From an uncultured delta proteobacterium (GTDB taxonomy: Bacteria; Desulfobacterota; Desulfobacteria; Desulfobacterales; JAHEIW01), in assembly GCA_963706575.1 (NCBI GenBank), contig CAVPNL010000024.1:1-16686 (forward strand): a stretch of 16,686 bases of DNA, written 5' to 3'. Made by a program: the position numbers and the translations under genes. The notes beneath the pieces were generated by a model. That model had not been told where the DNA came from. It saw only the letters and a list, made by a program, of their open reading frames with translations, and searched no databases. The first letter of the stretch is position 1; each line of letters opens with the position of its first letter. This document shows positions 1 through 8,540 of the stretch, in pieces.

Positions 1-1128
1 GGCGTAAACGGCCGAAAATTCTAGTGGTAAGTCAAAAGGCTTTGCAAATCTTAGCGGAACAGATACCGCTCTGAGACCATTTGAAGAATCGAAAGACAGC
101 GTAAATTTTCCGGATATTTTGTACCCCTCTTCAGACGGTTTAACCGTTGCGGTCATATCCGCAAGGTTTGCGCTTATCGGTGCTACCGCCGAAAGACCGG
201 ATAGCGTGAGGTTCCAATTCTGCCGGTCGGGTCCTTTGAGGTCAATGATCAAGGGTTTTTGATTATCTGGATTCGCTGAATGGTTCTGGAATTTAAGGTT
301 TTTATAGCGGATATCTATTGCGGAGCCTTTCAACCGGCCGGCGATCGATGAAACCTCAAAAGGCGCGAGCTGTAATTCAGCGTTTGCCTCTAAGCTGGCA
401 AATCCCGCTATGCACAACTCATCTATAGGTTTAACTATATCGGCAAATCTTAGCAGATCCAGCTCTTTGGCCGCTAGATGAGATACGATCCGATTTTGCT
501 CCAAATCCATTTGGGCTGAAATTTTTAGCATCTGTCCGCGTGGATACAGACGGGCGGTCGCGTGCAAAGCATTTACAGTGCCTTTGGCGGAAACCATATC
601 GATTTCAAAAGGAATTCGATATTCTCTTTCATTTGTGATGCCAATCAGCATGCCGTTGTTTATTTCAATGCGTTGCGGGAATAACGGGTAAGATGGGTTG
701 GCAGCCGTTTTATCCTTCTGTTTGTCCGATTGGAGTTTGGCTAAAAATTTCGCCAAATCAAAACCGCGCAAGCCCAGCTGGCCGTTTTTATATTCGCAAT
801 AAAGCTCAACACCACTGGCCACAATTCTTTTAATCTTTTTTTGATAAATTCCCCCGGGCGAATAATCGACATGAATGGAGCGAACAACCAATGCGGGATT
901 CTGAGCGTTTCCGATTCGCATTGATCCCATGTCTGCTCCCGCTAGGTCCAGCTCATGGACTTCTACAGTAAAATCAGGAATTCCGGCATCTTTTTTTAAG
1001 ATGGAAATGATTTTGGATTCCAGAAAACCGGGAAGAAGATATGAGGTCAGAAAAATTAGACCGCTGCCGATTACGATAAGCAGCAAAAAGAAAATAATCG
1101 GTATGGCTATTTGACGTTTTAAAGGCAT
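1..1128 (-). CDS. YdbH/AsmA-like intermembrane (lipid transport) protein, 5' part; runs off the left edge
   Basis: Not in the ORF track. Manual translation from ATG at 1128 gives MPLKRQIAIPIIFFLLLIVIGSGLIFLTSYLLPGFLESKII...LDLAGADMGSMRIGNAQNPALVVRSIHVDYSPGGIYQKKIKRIVASGVEL..., open for 376 codons to position 1. One N-terminal TM anchor is followed by beta-strand-patterned sequence typical of YdbH/AsmA-like N-termini. Starts 10 nt after the upstream gene's stop. Confidence 0.7.
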   Translation of the reverse strand, partial: MPLKRQIAIPIIFFLLLIVIGSGLIFLTSYLLPGFLESKIISILKKDAGIPDFTVEVHELDLAGADMGSMRIGNAQNPALVVRSIHVDYSPGGIYQKKIKRIVASGVELYCEYKNGQLGLRGFDLAKFLAKLQSDKQKDKTAANPSYPLFPQRIEINNGMLIGITNEREYRIPFEIDMVSAKGTVNALHATARLYPRGQMLKISAQMDLEQNRIVSHLAAKELDLLRFADIVKPIDELCIAGFASLEANAELQLAPFEVSSIAGRLKGSAIDIRYKNLKFQNHSANPDNQKPLIIDLKGPDRQNWNLTLSGLSAVAPISANLADMTATVKPSEEGYKISGKFTLSFDSSNGLRAVSVPLRFAKPFDLPLEFSAVYA

Positions 1129-1138
1129 TTGATGTCAC

Positions 1139-2680
1139 TTATTTTTTTCTCTGAATAAAAGAGCTGCGGGTCATCCCCGCCCCGATTGAATCGTATAAAA
1201 TCGTTTTTGCGGATCTTAATTTTTCAAGGTTCTGGTTGATAGGATAACCCTGAATTTTATCCGCACGCAGCTGCCTGCGTTCGAGGTCATACGGCAGTCT
1301 CTGCATACAAACCACCGAGCAATTTCCGCGCACATGAATATTGGTTACCATTTTTTGGGCGATAAAATCTGTCGCGGCTTTTTTTAAATCCTTTTGGTCG
1401 CCTCCCAGGACCTGTTCAAGGGTTAACGGGATCATGGCAAAATTGGCCTGGTGTTCTATCAGAAGGTCAATGTCATCCATGGCCAGATTGTTGGCCGACA
1501 TTAATGTATCCAAATGATATCTAGCGCCGCGGGTGGCGTGAAGGAATACGCCTTTCCCATCCATTTTGCCAAACATATCCTCTCGGACTGTAAACGGCCT
1601 GACTTCTATATAGTGGGCGAAACAGCCGTGGGTCCTTGTCAGGCTGTCAACAATACCATACCGGGGTCTGAAATAAGAACGGCCCTCGCCCTTGTGCAGT
1701 GAAAGCACAACGTTATGGTCAGGCGCAAGGTAGGCCGCGACAATGGTCTTGTATTTGCCGGATTTCACATAAGCGTCGGCGATTTTTGCAATGGAATCCG
1801 GCTGGCGGTCAACAGTCATAACATCAAACGCAAAGGCATTGACGTGTTGATCATAAAAGGCCAAGGCATTGCGAAAGCGTTTAAATGTCCCCTTTGCAAC
1901 TTCTTCCGGATTCATTTGCTCAACATAATGATGTTGAACTCTGGCGGCAGTTGCCGGAATACGATGTTCAAGTTTGCCCAGCTGATTGTCAATAATGATG
2001 CCATCGATTTTATTATCGCTTTTTATTTTTAGCAGCGCCGTTGCAATGTTGCGCGCAAAGTCTTCACCGGCATTAAATTCTGCCTTTGCGGTTATAACGC
2101 CGGATGCGGCATTTGATACAAACGCTTTGGTTTCAAGTACGGTGGCCAGGGCATCATCGCCAAAAATAATATTGGCGGTATCGTCCGGTGGGAAGGCTTT
2201 GGCGCGATGCACATTCTCTGCACCGACAATGATCGATAGATCTCGCGGTCGCAGGATACCGGCCAGCGACATCATAAACACGAACTCAACGGACACATTA
2301 AAGCCCGGGCAGCCGGCATACAAGTCGAGTACCAGTGCGTCCGGACAATCGCCTTGCACGAGCTTAAACGGATGCCGGATAAGGGGTCCCGGGTCGAATC
2401 TATCTTCGCCGACATTGGTGGCCCCGATGATCAGCTTGATACGGGCAGGATCGATATTGGATGTTTGCAACAGGTCCTTAAAAGCCAGGACACCGATACG
2501 TTCATCCTCAGAAGCCAGCATCCGTGTGCGCACACCGATTCTTTCTTCGATGGTTTTGTTGTTGACCGGTATGTCGCCCTTGAACATCAGGCCTTTATTT
2601 TCATAAATGGAATTGTCAACGAGCTTGCCCCCGTTCCAGGCACCCTGGGCGATGATTTCTAAAACTATATCTGGTGCCAA
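1139..2680 (-). CDS. 3-oxoacyl-ACP synthase III (FabH/KAS III)-like condensing enzyme with a large internal insertion
   Basis: IEERIGVRTR N-terminal motif, DLYAGCPGF (Cys124), IIFGDDA, MDGKGVF, EHQAN (His410), RGNCS (Asn453), SIGAGMT. TTG start with AAGGAGG RBS 9 nt upstream. Confidence 0.8.
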   Translation of the reverse strand: MAPDIVLEIIAQGAWNGGKLVDNSIYENKGLMFKGDIPVNNKTIEERIGVRTRMLASEDERIGVLAFKDLLQTSNIDPARIKLIIGATNVGEDRFDPGPLIRHPFKLVQGDCPDALVLDLYAGCPGFNVSVEFVFMMSLAGILRPRDLSIIVGAENVHRAKAFPPDDTANIIFGDDALATVLETKAFVSNAASGVITAKAEFNAGEDFARNIATALLKIKSDNKIDGIIIDNQLGKLEHRIPATAARVQHHYVEQMNPEEVAKGTFKRFRNALAFYDQHVNAFAFDVMTVDRQPDSIAKIADAYVKSGKYKTIVAAYLAPDHNVVLSLHKGEGRSYFRPRYGIVDSLTRTHGCFAHYIEVRPFTVREDMFGKMDGKGVFLHATRGARYHLDTLMSANNLAMDDIDLLIEHQANFAMIPLTLEQVLGGDQKDLKKAATDFIAQKMVTNIHVRGNCSVVCMQRLPYDLERRQLRADKIQGYPINQNLEKLRSAKTILYDSIGAGMTRSSFIQRKK

Positions 2681-2740
2681 AGTTAACGCCTCCTTAATTT
2701 AATCGATAGTGGATTCGAATTTTTTAATCACTTCATATGA

Positions 2741-2841
2741 AATGCCTAAAATGATCTAAAATGCCTAAAGTTGAGGAATTCTATCATTTTTAAAAGACAG
2801 AGCGTGAGCGACACCATAAGTTTAGGCATTTTAGCTCATTT
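2741..2841. repeat. Intergenic palindromic element built from AATGCCTAA-like units
   Basis: Arm 2749-2772 (aaatgatctaaaatgcctaaagtt) is the reverse complement of 2818-2841 with 2 mismatches in 24. An extra tandem unit lies at 2741-2750. Confidence 0.75.
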
Positions 2842-2886
2842 GTTTTTTGATTATTTTGAATTGGAAGAGGATACTGCCCTCGGATG

Positions 2887-3912
2887 CTAGACATTGAAGC
2901 GAAATTGAATAATATCCCCGTCCTGCACCTCGTAAGCTTTGCCTTCCAATCTCACGGTCCCCCGCTTTTTGGCCTCGGCATAACTGCCGGCGTCCGTCAA
3001 ATCCTTAAAAGATACAACCTCGGCGCGGATAAACCCTTTTTTCATGTCGCTGTGGATGACCTCCGCTGCCTCCAGGGCCGGGGTTCCATTTCTTAAGGTC
3101 CAGGCCCGGACTTCATTGCTGATAATGGTAAAAAAAGAAATCAGATTTAGAACCTGATAGGACTGTTGGATGACGCGATCCATGGCGGATGCCGGGATAT
3201 TAAATTCATTCAGAAATTCGGCAGCTTCGTCAGCAGGCATTTGCGCTAGTTCCTGTTCCAGTTTACTTCTGACCACCAGGCAGGCCTCTTGGGCGATGAG
3301 GCCTTCGGCCTCCGGCAGGCGATCATCATCGTCTTCGTTGTTAAACAGGATCAAAACCGGTTTGGCGCTTAAAAAGGTAAACCCCCTGAGTTTGGGAGCC
3401 GAGGATAGGTCCGGTCTTTTTCTTAATGGCATTTCACTTTCAAGGCATTGCCGGCACTCCAGCAACAGGGCCTGTTCTTCGGCGTCCATTTTTTTGCCGC
3501 GTTGGTGGTCCACTTCGATGCGTTCGATGCGTTTTTCGGCAACCATCAGATCGGCCAGAATTAACTCCTGATCCAGCCGCATAAAATCTTCCGCCAGCGC
3601 CGGTTTTTCAAAGCCGTAAGCTGCATGATTTCGAACGACATGCAGCAGCGCATCACAATCCCTTACCGATGTCCAGCGACTCGACTCGCCGGGGCGGTCT
3701 TTTTTAATTCCGGGCAGGAAATATTCCACCTGGGCATAAATGGTCTTTTGAGGCTTAAACATCCGGCTGAGGGCATCGACACGGTCATCCGGAACGCGGA
3801 TGGCGGCAATGCGGTCTTCGCCCCTGTGTTCGGCGCCGCTAATATTTTTAGTTAAGGCATCGAAAACTGTTGATTTGCCGGCACGCGGCAGGCCAATGAT
3901 TCCAAGTTTCAT
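2887..3912 (-). CDS. YchF/Obg-like P-loop NTPase paralog (DUF933/TGS C-terminus)
   Basis: MKLGIIGLPRAGKST Walker A, VPDDRVDAL, DCDALLHVVR, FLSAKPVL, and a YchF C-terminus (ISFFT..EVRAWT..IHSDMKKGFIRAEV..RLEGKAYEVQDGDIIQFRFNV). The G2 and G3 motifs are degenerate. Confidence 0.85.
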   Translation of the reverse strand: MKLGIIGLPRAGKSTVFDALTKNISGAEHRGEDRIAAIRVPDDRVDALSRMFKPQKTIYAQVEYFLPGIKKDRPGESSRWTSVRDCDALLHVVRNHAAYGFEKPALAEDFMRLDQELILADLMVAEKRIERIEVDHQRGKKMDAEEQALLLECRQCLESEMPLRKRPDLSSAPKLRGFTFLSAKPVLILFNNEDDDDRLPEAEGLIAQEACLVVRSKLEQELAQMPADEAAEFLNEFNIPASAMDRVIQQSYQVLNLISFFTIISNEVRAWTLRNGTPALEAAEVIHSDMKKGFIRAEVVSFKDLTDAGSYAEAKKRGTVRLEGKAYEVQDGDIIQFRFNV

Positions 3913-4090
3913 CTAAAGGCCTCAAAAAATTCTTCGGATCGTTTCGATTTTATAGGGATAGCGGGTGTCAAACGTTACACCAGAAATCCCCTTCAAGACG
4001 AACACCCTGGACGTGCCTTAGACCCTACCATTGGCAGCGGAGATGAAGCAAATAAAAATTAAATTTATGGTCAGCCGCGCGGTCGAAGCC

Positions 4091-4109
4091 GGTTTTGAAA
4101 CCACTTCTA
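4091..4109. repeat. Solo 19-bp terminal-repeat copy (ggttttgaaaccacttcta)
   Basis: Identical to 10105-10123. Overlaps the TAG stop codon of the transporter gene. Confidence 0.7.
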
Positions 4110-5756
4110 TGTTTTTGTTGATGATTCTACGGCGTCGGTTTCAATTCCAGGGGCTGCATCGGTCGGTGATATTTGCCGGCGGAACGGATTGTTGAATATG
4201 AATACAGTGATAATCGGCAGGACAAGGCCCATGGCGCTGACCGTTATCATCAATATTCCCAGCTCTTCGTATTGGCCCCGCGGGATGGTGAAAATTTTAT
4301 TTAAATAATTGGTGCCAAGGTTGCTGGCGGAAAGGGCCAGATTGGTAAAGGCTGCCATGACCGCAAAATAGGTGGCTTTTTTGTCCCGCGGCGCCTCCTT
4401 TGCAATCCACGCCAGCATGGGAATCATGGCCACCTGACCCAGCGGTGAGTCGGCCATGGTATCGATGATGGCGATGGTGCGCGCGCCAAAGCCGAAATGG
4501 GCCTCGGTCCAGACATGCAATCCAAAGTACATGCCGATAAACGGCAGAATCATTATGGTTTGGTAAACCGATAAAAATACTACCAGATACGGCACCGGAT
4601 GACGGCCCATCCAGCTACGCAGGGCAACCATGCCGGCGATGGCCAGCAAAGAGGCGATCTGACGCAAGGTGCCGAGAAAAGCCTCATTAAAGCCCAATAC
4701 GTCGATTTGCCACCAGAGGGCTCCTGGACCGAATGAAGGAATGGCCCGAAAGACAAAAATAATAACGGCGATGCCGATGATTTCACGACGTTTGATAGGA
4801 TCCATTTCCCGCACCAGCTGGTGAATCAGATATCCGATAATACCCAGGGACCCCGCAAAGATGATTTCTTTTTTTAACTGCAGGTCTGAAAGCCCCAGCA
4901 GCAATGTCATGATCACAAATATCCCGCTGCCGCCTAAAATATACCAGTTGGGGGGGATGCGGGCGTCGTGCGTCTGCAACATTGTATCGATTTGTTCTGC
5001 AGAGAAGCCTTCTTGCCGCAGTTGATGATGGCGACGCCGGGTCGTCCAGCTGCCCAGGGTAACCCCCAAGACAGAGATGAGGGGTATGACCAGAGACCAC
5101 TTGTACATGATCTCGTAGGAGAGTATGCTTGCCAGCCAGCCGCCGAGTCCGGCCACCAGGGCGCTGCCGCCGATGATCGCCATGCGCCCCAGGGTCTGCA
5201 TGGTGACATGCATGCGCTGCAGTTTTGCATCCGCTATGGGAGAACCGGCTTCATCGACTGCGGGCACGGCTTCAACGGTCATGGCGTCCGCTACAACGTC
5301 CTGCAGGACGAAACCCACCGGGGACAGCAGCACCGAAATGATGTACCAGATATCGACCGGTAAAAATGATGCCATCCACTGGGTATGGCCGGTCAATCCC
5401 ACCATGATCAGTAAGCTGAGCGCCATCAATGTTGCCCCGAGATAGACAAAACCGGCTTTGCGACGCCAGAACAGATCGACCAGATGCCCCAATGGCATCT
5501 TTAAGGCCCATGGCAAGCCGGCCCAGAAGGCCAACCCTGCCAAAAATGCAGCCGATAATCCCAATTGTTCTTTGACAAAAAAAGATTCGATGATGCCGGT
5601 AAATCCGGATATGCCGGCTGCCAGATAGACCATCAATGGCGGCAAATAACTCCAGCGCATTTCACGGAAAATCCCTAAAAAATCCTGCGTAAACCAGATC
5701 CGGAAGCGGTGCGTGATGCGAGTGTTTTGGGTGTGGGCGGATTGTCTGGCAGTCAT
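4107..5756 (-). CDS. MFS transporter, BT1 / folate-biopterin transporter-like
   Basis: About 12 hydrophobic segments, GLPWALKMPLGHLVD, QDVVADAMTVE, and APRDKKATYFAVMAAFTNL resemble BT1-family motifs. AAAGGA RBS before the ATG. Confidence 0.7.
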   Translation of the reverse strand: MTARQSAHTQNTRITHRFRIWFTQDFLGIFREMRWSYLPPLMVYLAAGISGFTGIIESFFVKEQLGLSAAFLAGLAFWAGLPWALKMPLGHLVDLFWRRKAGFVYLGATLMALSLLIMVGLTGHTQWMASFLPVDIWYIISVLLSPVGFVLQDVVADAMTVEAVPAVDEAGSPIADAKLQRMHVTMQTLGRMAIIGGSALVAGLGGWLASILSYEIMYKWSLVIPLISVLGVTLGSWTTRRRHHQLRQEGFSAEQIDTMLQTHDARIPPNWYILGGSGIFVIMTLLLGLSDLQLKKEIIFAGSLGIIGYLIHQLVREMDPIKRREIIGIAVIIFVFRAIPSFGPGALWWQIDVLGFNEAFLGTLRQIASLLAIAGMVALRSWMGRHPVPYLVVFLSVYQTIMILPFIGMYFGLHVWTEAHFGFGARTIAIIDTMADSPLGQVAMIPMLAWIAKEAPRDKKATYFAVMAAFTNLALSASNLGTNYLNKIFTIPRGQYEELGILMITVSAMGLVLPIITVFIFNNPFRRQISPTDAAPGIETDAVESSTKT

Positions 5757-5897
5757 GGTTCCTTTTTGTCGAACAAATTCGGTGGATCGCGTTTATCTTT
5801 ATTGAGGACCAGCATGAGGACGCTTACGAGGATAGGCAACATTTCTGCGTTTCGTCTCAGTTTGAATTGAACGCCATTTTTTTTAGACTTCAACTAA

Positions 5898-6401
5898 TTA
5901 AGAAGACGGACGGCGCTCTTTTAATTCCGGAATGTCCGGCAGGGAGATGGTGCCCTCCGACTCAAATGGCAGCACACCGGGAAAGGTGCCTGCTCCCAGG
6001 CGCAGCTTGCCCTTAATATGATAACGCAACTGCTCCTGGTCGTGCATACCAACTGCGCTCTTTATGATGTCGATTACCGATGAATATACGCGCAGCGGCA
6101 GAAGGTCGGTGCCGTAGGCCGGGATCTCGACATCGGATTCTGAGACGCCAAAGGCAAATGGTTTGCCGTTGATTTCTATTTCACTTTCGACGCCCTTGAT
6201 CGTTAAGGGCGTATCATTGGTGTTAAACACCCGCAGCTGTATCTCAAAGACGGTTTCAAGGAGATTAAACGATTCCGGGCGAATATTGGCGAGTTTGACG
6301 CGCGGCGGCTCAAGGCGTTTCCCCACACCTGCACAGGCAGCCATAAATGCCAGCATAAAGACCGCAGCGACAATCCATTTGCATAATCTGGAATTTTGCA
6401 T
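5898..6401 (-). CDS. LEA type 2 / WHy-domain lipoprotein
   Basis: Signal peptide ending in a lipobox-like MAAC, then LEPPRVKL...LRVFNTNDTPLTIKG..INGKPFAFGVS...IPAYG, a typical LEA_2 pattern. The ATG overlaps the upstream stop (TAATG). Confidence 0.8.
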   Translation of the reverse strand: MQNSRLCKWIVAAVFMLAFMAACAGVGKRLEPPRVKLANIRPESFNLLETVFEIQLRVFNTNDTPLTIKGVESEIEINGKPFAFGVSESDVEIPAYGTDLLPLRVYSSVIDIIKSAVGMHDQEQLRYHIKGKLRLGAGTFPGVLPFESEGTISLPDIPELKERRPSS

Positions 6402-8378
6402 TATTGGTTCAATATTCCTTTCAGGATGCCCTTGCCTTTTTCCTCAAGCTTTTTTTTGTCCAGTAATTCTTCGGGTTTTTCGGTCCCCTGTAGCGCATCT
6501 TGCAATTGCTTTTTGGCTACTCCAGCAAGGTCCGGTCGAAACTGGGGTTTTGCAAATGTCCCGGTTACCAGTACCGGGACCATGAGTCCCGTGCGATCCG
6601 AGGTATCCCCCTGTCCTTTGATGGTCCCCACCACTTTGGGCTCCACCCGAAAGTCCAACGTTTCTTTTACCAGATTGGCATCTCCGGCTGCAATGACCCG
6701 AATGAGCGGTGATTTCAGGCTCGTTTGGGGGGTATGAACAAGGCCCTGGGTGATACTGAAGGGCGCATTTAGTTCTGCAAAATCGGTTCGCGGTCGTTGC
6801 GCAGGTTTTTGTTCCAAACCAAAAGCGGACTTTGACATTGCGGACCATGCCGGCCAGATCAATACCGATGATGGCGCCGTCGTTAAATTGCAGCTGGCCG
6901 TCACCATTCAGGGTTTGCTTTATCGTATCGGCGTTATCGCCGGACATGGTCAGTTTGAGCTGGGCATTGGTGGCGCCTTCTAATATGTCTTTTTCTAAAA
7001 CATCTCTGAGCAATGGTCCAACCTGGATATTTTCAACATTAAGGCTTAGACTGCTTTTGGGCGTATTTGTCTGCACATTAAAATTTCCAGCGCCAGCAAC
7101 ATTTCCCTGGTACATCTTTAATTTCATGGGGTCAAGATTGAACATTCCGTTTTTGGCCTTGATTTGAAGTTGCAGATCTTCGATTTTGGCTTTATTGATG
7201 ACAAGTTGCCCAATCTGAATCCGGCCGTCTAAAATAAGTTTGCGCAGGGGTTCATAATCGGCGGCCTGCTTTTGCGTCGGTTTTTCAGCCGCCGGTTGCT
7301 GCTTTGATTTGGGGGGTAAATAACGGTCTGCATCAATGCGGTCCAGATTTAAATCGAATGTCAGATTGGGTCTCGAAAAATCAGAGGCGTTCAGCGAAAA
7401 TTTGAGCGTCGATTCGTCCAGGTTGAGAATTCCGTCCGAAATCACCAATTTTTTTTGATCCCCTTTGAGATTCGCCTTTAGGGCCACACGACCCAATGCA
7501 TCCGGATCGGAAGTCGCGACGGGAAACTCCTGGCCCAAGGCCGCCATTAATTTTCGTGGGGAAAACGCTTTGATCTCGACGGCCATATCGACGCCCGGTA
7601 TTGCGCCGGGGTTCTTTACCTTACCCTTGAGTTGCAGGGCCAGCTCTTTGAGTGCCTTGATGTCAAGATCCAATGGAATCGTTGCCTGCTTAAAATCTTT
7701 GCCGACCGGTCCCACCGTGCCGTCAATGGACAGCGGCTGATTATCCAGGAGGGCAGAAAATGAAAGTGTGACCGGACGCTCCAGGGAAACATCTTTTAAT
7801 TTTAAGTTGACCGCTGTGATTTCTTTGCGGGTATTGGCGCTGTGGTCAATCCAAATAATCGAACCATTTGCAATTGAAAACTCACCAACTGTCAGGTCCT
7901 TGATCGGCAGCCCGGCTTCTGCTTCTTCCGGTTTAGCCGCCTTGCCAGCTTTTTCAGCCGCTGGTTTTTCCTTGGCATCTTCTGGCTGGGCCCAGTTCAC
8001 CTGCCCGTTTTTGTTTTTCACCAAGGTAATGTTGGGTTCATTTAAAATAAATCGCTTGACTTGAATATCTTTAGAAATCAGGGGCAGGAGTTTTACGCGG
8101 ACTTCAAATGATTTGACGGTGACAAGCTCTTTTTCCGAAAATCCAGGGGTGTTTCCTAACCGCAGATCAGAAAAGGAAACACCGGCCCAGGGGAAAAGGG
8201 ATAAGCTCAGGTCATCGCCCACCGAAAAGGGCCGACCGGTGGCCTCAGCTACTTTTTTCTCCAATTGCGGCTTGTAATCCCGGATGTCGATGAATGCCGG
8301 TGCGATTAACAATACGGCGATAACCAGCACGACCAGACTGGCACAAATAATCAGCCCCCACTTGATGGCTTTGTTCAT
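6401..8378 (-). pseudogene. AsmA family protein with a single 1-nt frameshift near 6831-6833 (real lesion or assembly error)
   Basis: The N-terminus is AsmA-like (TM anchor, DYKPQLEKKVAEATGR, LSLSLFPWAGV). The frame breaks at ...GIDLAGMVRNVK. The AsmA-type C-terminus (SAFGLEQK..RTDFAELNAPFSITQG..KSPLIRVIAAGDANLVKETLDFRVEP..VPVLVTGTFAKP) continues in the 6401..6907 frame to a stop coupled with the LEA-2 start. Span is 1978 nt = 3n+1. AAGGAGG RBS. Confidence 0.8.
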
Positions 8379-8540
8379 GGTATGCCTCCTTTATCAAGGC
8401 TAGCGGAAATTTAACTTCAGCTAACGTATTCACCCTATTCTGCAAGCTGTCAAGATTGTTCCAAACGAGGGTGCACTTGGGACAATTTCAATCTGAACGA
8501 CTTAATATAACAATTAATTTTCAGTTTTAAAATGAATCTT

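Noticed and set aside
3947..3971. TTGACA...TATAAA/TAAAAT promoter upstream of the ychF-like gene
   Set aside because: The spacing is only 11-13 nt, incompatible with a standard sigma70 promoter.
4107..5756. Functional link between the folate/biopterin-type transporter and Hg methylation (methyl supply)
   Set aside because: It is more than 9 kb from hgcAB with unrelated genes between; nothing in the sequence supports co-regulation.
6825..6840. Programmed ribosomal frameshift in asmA
   Set aside because: There is only a 3-nt A run, no X-XXY-YYZ slippery site, and no precedent I know of in this family; an error or mutation is more parsimonious.
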